Shown here one piece after another: positions 7,823 to 17,340 of a stretch of 64,000 bases of DNA (position 1 is the stretch's first letter; every line of letters begins with the position of its first letter). This DNA is from an uncultured Gammaproteobacteria bacterium. Its GTDB lineage: Bacteria > Patescibacteriota > Microgenomatia > Levybacterales > GWA1-39-11. Where the stretch lies: assembly GCA_964627245.1 (NCBI GenBank), contig CAZVGS010000001.1, positions 25,256 to 89,255 of the forward strand, read 5' to 3'. The position numbers and the translations under genes are program-made. Under the pieces are notes generated by a model. It was given only the letters and a program-made list of their open reading frames with translations. It did not search any database and was not told the origin of the DNA.

Positions 7823-8497
7823 CTATCCCGCTTGAGTGGCAACGGATCTGTCGTGGTGCAATGTATAACTTGTGCCTCCCTTTTTTGCCATTGAATGGTA
7901 AGACTTTTCCTGCTTCCGGCTTCTAAATAACTTGGCATACACTACCCCGTCTTGCACCTTGTCCTTCATCTTCATAACTAGCTTCAAAAAACCTTCAAAG
8001 AAAGTTAAATGATAAATACCGGGTTTTTCAGGCGGAGTATCAATAGCTACATCCCTAAATACATTTTCCAGCTCATCAGAAGAGGTCTTCAGGTTACGCA
8101 GTTCTGCCAAAATTGACTCAAGCTGTCTTCTTATCACAATGCTTGTTTCATCTTCATTCTTGCCTTCGGTATTTCTTTTGAATTCCGAAAAATATGACAA
8201 ATGCTCAGAAGTTATCTTTACTTTTTCTGACTTTTCCTCCCTTTGGGCATGTTCTTCCGCTTTTTTACCTAGACTTACAGATTTCCCTGGAGTTAGCTCA
8301 AAGCCAAAAACCTGATTCAAGACAACGTTAAATTCACTCTTTGCCTCACTTGCCACAGCATCCTTTGCACTTTTTATTGCCTCAGTATTTATTATAGGAG
8401 TCTTTTTTGCTCCCTCAAAAACTTTCTTAATAATTTGGGAGGTATCATGCTGTCTTTCCTCTCCTGAATATTTTGATGTAGTACCCGCCTTTTTCAT
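7823..8497 (-). CDS. CPR conserved hypothetical protein (DUF5660-like)
   Basis: C-terminal PGIYHLTFFE...KKGGTSYTLHHDRSVATQAG; family recalled from memory. Confidence 0.6.
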   Translation of the reverse strand: MKKAGTTSKYSGEERQHDTSQIIKKVFEGAKKTPIINTEAIKSAKDAVASEAKSEFNVVLNQVFGFELTPGKSVSLGKKAEEHAQREEKSEKVKITSEHLSYFSEFKRNTEGKNEDETSIVIRRQLESILAELRNLKTSSDELENVFRDVAIDTPPEKPGIYHLTFFEGFLKLVMKMKDKVQDGVVYAKLFRSRKQEKSYHSMAKKGGTSYTLHHDRSVATQAG

Positions 8498-8554
8498 AAA
8501 ATTACACTGAAATTATAGCACTTAGCTTCAAATTTGGCAATTGCCTGAGGAGAT

Positions 8555-9412
8555 TTATAAATTTGACAGAAAGGTCACTGTTTTTTGCTGTCTTATTATT
8601 GAGGCGACAAGATATGGGTTTTTCATTATTTCCTCACGCTCTTTAGGGTTTTCTATCGAATTTAGCGCTTTCTCAATGTCTTCTTTCTCGACAGTAACTT
8701 TCTCCTCATCTGCAACTTTTCTCAGGAAAAACTCCAGCTCTAAGTCTCTTTTAGCTTTTTCCTTGTACTCATCCCGCAGTTTGTCGCCGTCAAGGTTTTT
8801 AGAATTGAGATATTGATCAAGAGTCAGTCCAAGCTTTTTTAGCTCATCAAGAAGTTGTGATAAAAGACGTGATGTCTCACTCTCAACAAGTATTTGCGGG
8901 ATTTTAATATCAGCCTCTCCTATTGCAGCTGTTAGTATTTCATCAAGGTCAGTCTTTTTCTCTTCCTTTCCGGGGACGACAATTTTTGAGTTTGAACTCA
9001 CTTTTTTTACAGCTTCCTTATAATTATTCAGCTTTACCTCAGGCTCTTCACACGTTGAAGCTGTAAAAACTATATCTGTGCCGTCAGTGAAGACCTCAAT
9101 GTGTATCTGCGGACTCAAAATCGGATTCAGATTATTTTTCTTAATAGCCTCATTGTAAGCATGCCCTATGACTTTTTTAAGCATCTCCTCTCTTACAAGC
9201 TCCATGTTGAGTTTTGCTTTTGCAACGTTTTTTGGCGCTTGTCCGGGTCTAAAACCTGCAACCTTTACGTTTTTTATAAGCTCGTTTTCAACTTGATCCT
9301 GAGCTTTTCTTGCATCACTCCATGGAACAATAACCGTCAACTCGAGAGTGCCGTCAGCTTTTCTGTTAAGACCTTCTTTATGTGTTTTTGTAACGGGTTT
9401 TTTTTCTGCCAT
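8555..9412 (-). CDS. tig: Trigger factor, apparently lacking the PPIase domain
   Basis: Ribosome-binding motif VAGFRPGQAP; only 285 aa. Confidence 0.88.
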   Translation of the reverse strand: MAEKKPVTKTHKEGLNRKADGTLELTVIVPWSDARKAQDQVENELIKNVKVAGFRPGQAPKNVAKAKLNMELVREEMLKKVIGHAYNEAIKKNNLNPILSPQIHIEVFTDGTDIVFTASTCEEPEVKLNNYKEAVKKVSSNSKIVVPGKEEKKTDLDEILTAAIGEADIKIPQILVESETSRLLSQLLDELKKLGLTLDQYLNSKNLDGDKLRDEYKEKAKRDLELEFFLRKVADEEKVTVEKEDIEKALNSIENPKEREEIMKNPYLVASIIRQQKTVTFLSNL

Positions 9413-9471
9413 AAGTGAGAATTATACAAGATTTCGAGCTCATTGTAAAGCTTATGGGATGAATAGTAAGC

Positions 9472-10407
9472 TTAAAATAACTGTATTGCTCCAAATGCAA
9501 TAAAGAGAGCAACAAGCACAAATGCCTCGTTTCTCGAAAGAACTTTATTTGTTCTTGAAAAGACATATAAAAGTCCGAAAGCAAGCAAAAGAGTTACGAA
9601 TGCAGGCAGAAAATGATCAGTAACCACAACTTTTCCCCGCCCAAGAAGACCAAAAATACCAAAAAGTAAAGTGTTGGCTGCTCCGCTTCCGATATAATCT
9701 CCAAAAGCCACGTCCTTTTTGCCTGAAAGAACCGATTTAACAGCAAGTGAAAGTTCAGGCAAGTTTGTCCCTACAGAAATGATTATGAGGCTGATAAAAA
9801 AAGTCGATAGATTTAAGTATTGACCGAAGTAAATTGCACCATCGACAATATATCTGCTCGCAACGATAACAAGTCCTACGCCCAAGACCATCTGCAATAT
9901 GTCTTTAACGGAGTAAGATTTATGATCCAATAGTACTGCATTGTCACGTTCAAGTAGCCCTTTTTCGCGCTGTATCATAAAAAGGAGAAAGAAATATGAA
10001 GATATTAAAATAACTGATTCGACAATAGTAATTCTGCCATCCAGAACAAAAAAAGGCGGTAAAAGCATTATTCCGAAGGAAAGAAGAAGGTTACGGTCGT
10101 TTATACTTTGCTCAAATTTCAGTCCGCGTCCTAAAATTGCCAGAAAAGGTATTGCAAAGAGGAACAAAACAGGTATCCCCCCTATCAAATTCCCTATCCA
10201 TATATCCGGTTTGCCTTCCGAAACCGCTGTCAATCCCACACCGAATTCCGGCATCGAAGTAAGAAGACCCAAAAATAAAAATGAAAACGCAAACGAAGAA
10301 ACTTTAAGTCTTCTTGAAAATTTATCTGCTGAAGCAACTATTTTACCAGCTCCGTACCATACCATCAAAAAAGACCCCAAAAAAACAAAAAGCTGCAAAA
10401 AAGCCAT
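9472..10407 (-). CDS. Sodium:calcium antiporter (CaCA family)
   Basis: Two alpha repeats, LTSMPE and GTNLPE. Confidence 0.9.
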   Translation of the reverse strand: MAFLQLFVFLGSFLMVWYGAGKIVASADKFSRRLKVSSFAFSFLFLGLLTSMPEFGVGLTAVSEGKPDIWIGNLIGGIPVLFLFAIPFLAILGRGLKFEQSINDRNLLLSFGIMLLPPFFVLDGRITIVESVILISSYFFLLFMIQREKGLLERDNAVLLDHKSYSVKDILQMVLGVGLVIVASRYIVDGAIYFGQYLNLSTFFISLIIISVGTNLPELSLAVKSVLSGKKDVAFGDYIGSGAANTLLFGIFGLLGRGKVVVTDHFLPAFVTLLLAFGLLYVFSRTNKVLSRNEAFVLVALFIAFGAIQLF

Positions 10408-10482
10408 ATATTCAGTATAGATTATTTTCTTTTATGAGAAAGTGTGTGAAGAAGCGGGAAATTGAGGTATAATATCCAGAAT

Positions 10483-10706
10483 GCGGGTGTGGTGAAATGG
10501 TATACACGCTAGTTTTATCACGCAAGGCGTGACGAGAAAATAATTAGGCCCGGGTGGTGAAATGGTATACACGCTAGTTTTAGGAACTAGTGCTTTTACG
10601 AGCGTGGAGGTTCAAGTCCTCTCCCGGGCACAAATTATTTTCGACTGAACTAAGGAGCGTGAATTGAGCTGCACACTGCTTCAGAGACCCAGTCCTTTCA
10701 CCCGCG
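10483..10706 (+). pseudogene. Split, degenerate outer tRNA-Leu surrounding the intact tRNA-Leu(TAG)
   Basis: 5' half at 10483-10517; GAACTA at 10647; AGTCC-TTT-CACCCGC at 10691-10705 pairs with GCGGGTG. Confidence 0.6.
10548..10630 (+). tRNA. tRNA-Leu(TAG)
   Basis: GCCCGGG/CCCGGGC acceptor; CTAGT-TT TAG GA-ACTAG; long variable arm. Confidence 0.95.
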
Positions 10707-10738
10707 CTGGTTTTAGCTTCTAACTCCCAGCTTCTAAA

Positions 10739-11263
10739 TTAAATGGTAAGCTCAAGCTCTGTAAGCTCAATAAGGGTAAGTTCTGCTTCAAATTTTGCCA
10801 TAAAGTTTTTTACCCTAGGTACCCAAGTTGTGCTTTCGGCATAAATAGGACCAATTTGCTCAACAGTTGTTGCACCGCGTGAAGCATACTTTTCCTTAAA
10901 GGCTTTATTAATTACCTCAATTCCATGCTCGTATGAGTCGAAATAAATTTGTCCGCCACCCCAGCCATAAGAATTATGAGAACCGGGCATCTGCCTTTTT
11001 CCAAATGAAGACTCAAGTCCCGCGATTGCAGGCAGCAGCTTCCAGTCAATACCGTATTTATCGGCAGTATTTACATACACTGAAGCATATGGAGCAAGCG
11101 GAGAGTTATTTTTTTCAAAAACTCTTTCAAGTGCCTGCGCACGTAAGTCAGGGCTTTTAATAACCGTAACTTGAGTATCAAGCGGTTTTGTTATAGAAGT
11201 AGCCTCCGCAGCTGAAGCGGCAAAAACTACTGTTATTATGAGCAGTTGAATTATTTTCTTCAT
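10739..11263 (-). CDS. Secreted lysozyme-fold/glucosaminidase-like cell-wall hydrolase
   Basis: Signal peptide; DWKLLPAIAGLESSFGK and NSYGWG. Confidence 0.75.
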   Translation of the reverse strand: MKKIIQLLIITVVFAASAAEATSITKPLDTQVTVIKSPDLRAQALERVFEKNNSPLAPYASVYVNTADKYGIDWKLLPAIAGLESSFGKRQMPGSHNSYGWGGGQIYFDSYEHGIEVINKAFKEKYASRGATTVEQIGPIYAESTTWVPRVKNFMAKFEAELTLIELTELELTI

Positions 11264-11341
11264 ATTTGGGAAAACCTTTTTGGTAGGTAATCCTAAATAT
11301 GCGGTTTGAGAGGAGCCAAACCGAAGTTATGTGGATGATCC

Positions 11342-11418
11342 AAAAAAAAATCCTAAAGTAGTTTTGGGCTACCTTAGGATCTAAAGTGAATTATATACAA
11401 TAACTATGGGTTTGTCAA
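11342..11418 (-). promoter_or_regulatory. Consensus promoter immediately followed by a terminator-like hairpin in the 5' leader
   Basis: TTGACA(11418)-17-TATAAT(11395); ATCCTAAGGTAG-CCCAAAA-CTACTTTAGGAT-T8. Confidence 0.75.
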
Positions 11419-11520
11419 GTGTCTAACTATAAGACAAACACAGAAGATTTCAAAGAAATTTCATGGGTTTCTCAAGGGGTTAACTATGGGACTTTAGCCT
11501 CAAATGAGTAATAGTTTGAT

Positions 11521-12165
11521 TTAGATTGATGCCTTTAGGCGTGTCATTATCATGCTCACGACTTCCGACCACTTACCGGTGTCGCTTGGAGTATACTTCT
11601 TCACAATATCCTCAGGGTGAACCAATCCTTGCTGGACGTATTTCTTAGCTAATGTAGATGTAACAGTTGATATAGCTTCATCGTAACTTGAAAAGCGTGT
11701 TACTTTACCTCCATATATTCCAAAACCCCAGCAGTTGTGGGAATCTTTAATAATTTTCTTACACAAAGTGCTTTCCTGCATCGCAATTGCGGGTAACAAG
11801 CGGTAGTCTATATTATGTTTGTCCGCTTCTTCTATTATCGTTTTTGCGTGTCCTTCAAGCGGAGAGTCATATTGTGCGAAAAATTCATCTAAAGATTCTT
11901 GTCTTCCGTCTTCCGTTTCAAAATTGACGGCGCTTAATTCGGAGTCTTCAGGCACTGCTTGAAACTGAGGTTTGTGAAGCTGGCGTGATATATAGCCATT
12001 GCTCTGATATTTTACGGTCAATGAGTAAAGCACCATGAAAAGTAAAAATGTAGGAATTATGAGCATATATCCGGTAACGAAGAAAAATCTCTTAAAACTG
12101 TTATGCCGATTTTGAGGTATAACTTCATCTTCAACTGCAGTATCAACGCTCCCGGAATGATCCAT
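11521..12165 (-). CDS. Membrane-anchored lysozyme-fold/glucosaminidase-like protein (paralog of 10739-11263)
   Basis: N-terminal TM helix; DYRLLPAIAMQES and HNCWGFG. Confidence 0.75.
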   Translation of the reverse strand: MDHSGSVDTAVEDEVIPQNRHNSFKRFFFVTGYMLIIPTFLLFMVLYSLTVKYQSNGYISRQLHKPQFQAVPEDSELSAVNFETEDGRQESLDEFFAQYDSPLEGHAKTIIEEADKHNIDYRLLPAIAMQESTLCKKIIKDSHNCWGFGIYGGKVTRFSSYDEAISTVTSTLAKKYVQQGLVHPEDIVKKYTPSDTGKWSEVVSMIMTRLKASI

Positions 12166-12296
12166 GTCCTTAATTAAACATGTGAAAAGTTAAAAATCAA
12201 GAAGGCTAAAATACTCTTAATAGGACAAACTGGTATAAGTATTTGATACAATAACTTGTCGCCCGAGTGAGATCGCCACTCGGGAACATGTAAGCC

Positions 12297-12379
12297 GCCC
12301 GAGTGGTGAAACGGTATACACGCAGTGTTCAGAACGCTGTATCCTTATGGGTGTGGAGGTTCAAATCCTCTCTCGGGCA
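12297..12379 (+). tRNA. tRNA-Leu(CAG)
   Basis: CAGTG-TT CAG AA-CGCTG; GCCCGAG/CTCGGGC acceptor. Confidence 0.95.
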
Positions 12380-12482
12380 CTCAAGAAATCTAAGTAACTT
12401 GTTAGGTTTTGCGTTAAGGCTTTATTTATCGGGGCAGATTGCTATAGCATGTCTTTTTTAGTACAATAAGTAACGTTCATTT

Positions 12483-12568
12483 GGGCTTGTGGTGAAATGG
12501 TATACACGCAGCCTTGAGGTGGCTGTGCCAGTAATGGTGTGGAGGTTCAAGTCCTCTCAAGCCCACCA
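12483..12568 (+). tRNA. tRNA-Leu(GAG)
   Basis: CAGCC-TT GAG GT-GGCTG; encoded CCA. Confidence 0.95.
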
Positions 12569-12598
12569 AATAGTTCAGTTGAATGAAAACATATTTTG

Positions 12599-12671
12599 GG
12601 GCGATTAGCTCAGCTGGTAGAGCGCTTCGTTTACACCGAAGATGTCAGGGGTTCGAGCCCTCTATCGCCCA
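12599..12671 (+). tRNA. tRNA-Val(TAC)
   Basis: CTTCG-TT TAC AC-CGAAG. Confidence 0.95.
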
Positions 12672-12729
12672 CAGAAAGAAAGACCAACATCATTTATAGA
12701 TAAGATAAACTTATCTTCTTGAAAGTTAA

Positions 12730-12802
12730 GCCAAGATTGCCAAGTTGGTCAAGGCGCGTGTCTGAAGAACACGTTATCCGGGTTCGATTCCTGGTCTTGG
12801 CA
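12730..12802 (+). tRNA. tRNA-Phe(GAA)
   Basis: CGTGT-CT GAA GA-ACACG. Confidence 0.94.
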
Positions 12803-12821
12803 CTAATAGTTTGTTTTTTTT

Positions 12822-12893
12822 GCGGCGGTAGTTCAGTGGTAGAACGCTTCCTTGCCAAGGAAGAGGTCGCCAGTTCAAGTCTGGTTCGCCGCT
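12822..12893 (+). tRNA. tRNA-Gly(GCC)
   Basis: CTTCC-TT GCC AA-GGAAG. Confidence 0.95.
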
Positions 12894-12934
12894 CAGAGCT
12901 TTTGTGCAATTGATTTATTTACAGAATCGTCGGA

Positions 12935-13999
12935 TTATCGTAGTGGTGATTTTTTTTGTGCTTTTTGAAAAAGAGCTAAAGCATCTTTTCCTCTGTTTTT
13001 ATTAAGAAGGTTAATGATAGAGTCCCAAGCGTATTTATTCTTATGTATTCCCAATCTAATTCTTAGAATATCATGCAGACTAGGATCAACTAAAGTTATT
13101 TCGTATACTTTTCCTCTTTTTTTATCTTGCTCTCCTTTACGGATATGTGGTTCTAAATATGCTGACAGTGCAGTTTCAACGCTTACTTCACTTACGATTT
13201 CGTCCCAAAGCTCACATGCGGACTCATAATCATCATCTTTCAGGCTATTTTTTTTCGGTGAATCGGTCTGTATGATAGACTCTGTAAAATAATCTGTTGC
13301 GGCCTCGTCTAGATAGTTTGGAAGAGTAGAGTCTGACAAAGCGTGCCATAGTTCATGTGTAGCAGTTGCGATTTGCTCGTTTTCATTCTTCTCAATTACA
13401 GCGGTGTCAAGAATAACAAATTGATACGGCTTACATTGAACGCCATAAATCTTACCAAAGCCAGAATTCAAAGCCTTTTGGGTTGATTTTTTGTATCCAG
13501 CCAGGCCAACGTGATCTAGGCCATCAACGACAATGGTTCCCTTGTGAAATTCCCCAAGATGTTCGGTTTTGTGCTTCGGCAAAAGGTGATGATATTTATC
13601 ACCTATCAATTGAGCTGATCTTTCAATCAACGCTTTACCTTTATCCTGAAATTCTTGACTTGCTAGTTCTACCTTCTTAAAATCATCCCAACCTAATTCT
13701 TCCAGTTTGAAGTCTTCGGCATCTAATTCCGGTGAAAATTCTATTTTGCGGTTGTCAAATATGGGATGATCAAATGTAATTCTGGTTTTTTTCTTTTTAC
13801 CGCTTACTCTTTCTTGAAAGTACAATCTATTCTGCTTGTCAAGGACTCTTAGTCCGAGGAAAAAACTTTCATAAAGGAGTTTTTGTGGGTCTTTATGTAG
13901 TCTTTCTGCTGCACTATTAAGATGTCTATTAATATCAAAAGGTACATCTAATAAGTATTGCGTTTCTGTTGGTCCTCGTCTTCTAAATTGCTCCAGCAT
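12935..13999 (-). CDS. Hypothetical protein with zincin motif
   Basis: THELWHAL...YLDEAATDYF (HExxH plus a downstream Glu). Confidence 0.6.
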   Translation of the reverse strand: MLEQFRRRGPTETQYLLDVPFDINRHLNSAAERLHKDPQKLLYESFFLGLRVLDKQNRLYFQERVSGKKKKTRITFDHPIFDNRKIEFSPELDAEDFKLEELGWDDFKKVELASQEFQDKGKALIERSAQLIGDKYHHLLPKHKTEHLGEFHKGTIVVDGLDHVGLAGYKKSTQKALNSGFGKIYGVQCKPYQFVILDTAVIEKNENEQIATATHELWHALSDSTLPNYLDEAATDYFTESIIQTDSPKKNSLKDDDYESACELWDEIVSEVSVETALSAYLEPHIRKGEQDKKRGKVYEITLVDPSLHDILRIRLGIHKNKYAWDSIINLLNKNRGKDALALFQKAQKKSPLR

Positions 14000-14066
14000 G
14001 AATATATAATTTATTCTTGTAAATTTTGGCGTTGTTTTCCAATTGATTTTAGCATATTATTTTAAA

Positions 14067-14531
14067 ATGAAGCATTTAGTATTGTCGTCAATTGCCTTTC
14101 GCAATAACGAAAAAATTCCCTCAAATTATACATGCGATGGTGAAGACATCAATCCTCCTTTTACTTTTGAGAATGTTCCTGAAGAAGCAGAAAGCCTGCT
14201 TTTTTTAGCGGAAGATCCTGACGCGAAAGGTAAAACTTGGCTTCATTGGGCAGTTATTAATATTAGCCCTACAGCTACAGGTATCAACGAGGACTCTGTG
14301 CCTGTTGGTGGAAATGAGATAGTGTCGGATTTTGGAAACATTGGGTATGGTGGACCCTGTCCATCGACTGGCATGCATAGATATCACTTTAAGTTATTTG
14401 CCCTTGACAGGGAACTTGATTTATCCGAAGATGCAACCTTGGCGGAAATTTATGATGCCATAGATGGTGCCGTTTTGGATACGGCTGAAATAGTTGGCCT
14501 TTATTCAAGAGATGGAAGCATTAATGGTTAG
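14067..14531 (+). CDS. YbhB/YbcL (PEBP) family protein
   Basis: YTCDGEDINPP, EDPDA, WLHW and YGGPCP..HRY. Confidence 0.92.
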   Translation: MKHLVLSSIAFRNNEKIPSNYTCDGEDINPPFTFENVPEEAESLLFLAEDPDAKGKTWLHWAVINISPTATGINEDSVPVGGNEIVSDFGNIGYGGPCPSTGMHRYHFKLFALDRELDLSEDATLAEIYDAIDGAVLDTAEIVGLYSRDGSING

Positions 14532-17263
14532 GCGTGCATCATGCTTTCAGAAAAATATTTGCGTCTGATCCACTTAACAAACTCTGTTGCAACTACGAAG
14601 AAACCTACACCTACCATAAGCTTTGCCCAATCCTGTATTCCAAGTGAGACTTGCTCAAAAATGCCCTTCAGTATTGGGGTGTACATTCCAATAAGCATTA
14701 GTCCCAGAGAGACAGTAACTCCCATAACCAGACTCTTATTTGCAAATACATCTTTACTTAGAAGGGTTAGTTTGGTAGATCTAGCGTTAAATGCTTGCGT
14801 TAGCTGAACCAGGACAAGCATTGCAAAAGCCATGGTTCTGGCTTTCTCTATCGATGCGTTGCCCGCAGATACTTCTGTAAGAAATACTGCAAGCATGAGG
14901 CCTGCCATTAAAGCGCCGTGTAATAGTATAAAAACAACATCTGCTTTTCTGAAAATACCCTTCTTAGGATCCCTTGGTAATTTTTCCATTGCTTTAGGAT
15001 CAAGTTTGTCAAAGCCGAGTGCTAGTGCTGGCGGCGTGTCTGTGACTAAATTAAGCCAGAGTATTTGAACAGGAGTAAAAGGGAGAGGTATGCCTGCTAT
15101 GGTCGCGAAAAGTATCCCAAAAACATTACTAAAATTGCAGGAAAGCAGGTATCTAATAAATTTTCTTATATTAGCAAAGATTCTTCTACCCTCCTCGACA
15201 GCACTTACTATTGTTGCAAAATTGTCATCAGCCAGGACAATATCAGCCGCTTGACGGGTAACATCTGTTCCTTCTTTGCCCATAGCCACACCCACGTTTG
15301 AATGCTTGATAGCAGTAGCGTCATTAACTCCATCTCCTGTCATAGCAACTATATAGTTCATTTTTCTAAGTGTTGTAATGAGCATTAGCTTATTTTCAGG
15401 GCTTACCCTTGCAAATACCCTGGGAAATTTTTCAAGCTTCATCAGATCATGTTCGGAAAGATGGTCAAGCTCGTTCCCTGCCATAACTTTATCTGTCTGC
15501 GGGTCAAAAATACCAAGCTGAGCTGCAATATTTGAAGCCGTAGCAGGATGGTCTCCGGTTATCATGATTACCCTAATCCCTGCTGTTCTGCATTTAGCAA
15601 CTGCCTCTTTTGCTTCCGGTCTCGCAGGATCCAGAACCCCCACCATGCCTACCAGTGTCATGCCTGATTCAACTGTCGAAGGTTCAAAATCCACAGGAAT
15701 TTGTGTCAACTCCCTTCTAGCTAGAGCTAACACTCTTAGACCTCTGTTTGCCATATCTTGATTGATCTTTTTGTAATGATTTTTTTCTCCATCAAGAGGA
15801 ATTATTTGCCCATCCTTTAAGAAATGAGTGCAAGCATTAAGAACCTCCTCAGGCGCCCCTTTTGTAAGGACAGTGGGTTTTCCATTCAACTCAAAAACCA
15901 TTGACATTCTCTTTCTGTCCGAATCAAATGGAAGTCCTTCAATAAATTTACTTCTCTTTTCAATATCTTCCTTTTTAACGTCCAGTTTGTGCGCGAGAAC
16001 CTGCAGGGCTATTTCTGTTGTATCGCCTACCCCTTCCCAAGTGCCCTCTTCGTCCTGCTGAAGAACCGAGTCGTTACACAAGGAAGCAATTAAAAGTGCT
16101 GTTTTTAGGTCTTGCGGCATATCGCGTACAGGCTTATCATCACAATATATCGAGCCTTCAGGTCTTATTCCTACTCCCGAAACCGTATAGAGCTTGTCTC
16201 CTACCCAGAGATCCGTTGCTACCATCTTTCCCTCTGTTAATGTTCCAGTCTTATCTGAGCAAATAACATTAACCGCTCCTAAAGTTTCAACAGCGGGGAG
16301 GCTTCTAACAATTGCATTGCGCTTTGCCATTCGCTGCACGCCAATTGCCATTGTTACTGTGACAACTGCAATAAGTCCCTCCGGTATAACGGCAACGGCA
16401 AGACTTATGACAGTGAAGAGCTGTTCGTTAAGATCTCTGCCCTGAAGCGCCCCTATTACAAAAATTACTGCAGCAACAACAATAGCAGCAAGCACGATCA
16501 GCTTTCCAAGAGCGGTCAAATTCCTTTGGAGTGGGGTAGGTTTTTCGTAAGGAGTTGCCAGTGTTTTGGCAATTTTACCAATTTGTGTTTGTGCGCCAAC
16601 AGCTACCACTACCCCTCTTCCGTGACCGCTAGTTGTTACGGTTCCCATGAAAGTCATATTGAGTCTTTCACCAACCGAAACTTTATTTTCTATCACATCG
16701 CGAGAATCTTTCTGAACAGGAACCGACTCTCCCGTAAGTACAGATTCATTGATCTCAAGTCCAACCGATTCTGTAAGTCTTAAATCGGCAGGAACAATAT
16801 CTCCCTCCTCAAGAACAACTATATCTCCTCTGACTATTTCAAATGTCTGGATCTCTTCAATCTGTCCGTTTCTCACTATCTTAGCGGTTGGTGCTGCCAT
16901 TTTTTTAAGAGATGCAAGTGTCCTTTCTGCCTTGTATTCTTGATAAAACCCAATTGCTGCATTGATCAGAACAACAACTCCGATTAAAATAGCGTCTTTT
17001 ACATCTCCAAGAATAAATGACAAAACAGTAGCTCCAAGAAGGATATATATAATGAAATTTGTAAACTGCCTAAATAGTAAATGCAATACTGAAACTTTCT
17101 GGGGCTCAGGGAGCCTATTCTCCCCTTCGTTGGCAAGTCTTTTCTTTGCCTCGTCAACAGTCAGCCCTTCTTCGGGGTCTGTATTAAGTCCTTTTATGAT
17201 ATCAGCAGATGTCTGGGTATAAAACTCATGTTCTGAGGTAGAATTCTGGACAGAAAGGTTCAT
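14528..17263 (-). CDS. Cation-transporting P-type ATPase (type II, Ca2+-like)
   Basis: LTGES, IPEGL, DKTGTLT, TGDGVND and QILWLNLVTD. Confidence 0.95.
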   Translation of the reverse strand: MNLSVQNSTSEHEFYTQTSADIIKGLNTDPEEGLTVDEAKKRLANEGENRLPEPQKVSVLHLLFRQFTNFIIYILLGATVLSFILGDVKDAILIGVVVLINAAIGFYQEYKAERTLASLKKMAAPTAKIVRNGQIEEIQTFEIVRGDIVVLEEGDIVPADLRLTESVGLEINESVLTGESVPVQKDSRDVIENKVSVGERLNMTFMGTVTTSGHGRGVVVAVGAQTQIGKIAKTLATPYEKPTPLQRNLTALGKLIVLAAIVVAAVIFVIGALQGRDLNEQLFTVISLAVAVIPEGLIAVVTVTMAIGVQRMAKRNAIVRSLPAVETLGAVNVICSDKTGTLTEGKMVATDLWVGDKLYTVSGVGIRPEGSIYCDDKPVRDMPQDLKTALLIASLCNDSVLQQDEEGTWEGVGDTTEIALQVLAHKLDVKKEDIEKRSKFIEGLPFDSDRKRMSMVFELNGKPTVLTKGAPEEVLNACTHFLKDGQIIPLDGEKNHYKKINQDMANRGLRVLALARRELTQIPVDFEPSTVESGMTLVGMVGVLDPARPEAKEAVAKCRTAGIRVIMITGDHPATASNIAAQLGIFDPQTDKVMAGNELDHLSEHDLMKLEKFPRVFARVSPENKLMLITTLRKMNYIVAMTGDGVNDATAIKHSNVGVAMGKEGTDVTRQAADIVLADDNFATIVSAVEEGRRIFANIRKFIRYLLSCNFSNVFGILFATIAGIPLPFTPVQILWLNLVTDTPPALALGFDKLDPKAMEKLPRDPKKGIFRKADVVFILLHGALMAGLMLAVFLTEVSAGNASIEKARTMAFAMLVLVQLTQAFNARSTKLTLLSKDVFANKSLVMGVTVSLGLMLIGMYTPILKGIFEQVSLGIQDWAKLMVGVGFFVVATEFVKWIRRKYFSESMMHA

Positions 17264-17340
17264 TATATTATCATAAAAGAAAATGAAAAAAATGTACATG
17301 GCATAGTCCGAATAATCTGATATAATTTTTCTTTACATCC

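Noticed and set aside
12694-12913. ORFs overlapping tRNAs (also 18165-18482, 50647-50841, 63144-63374)
   Set aside because: Shadow ORFs of tRNA genes.
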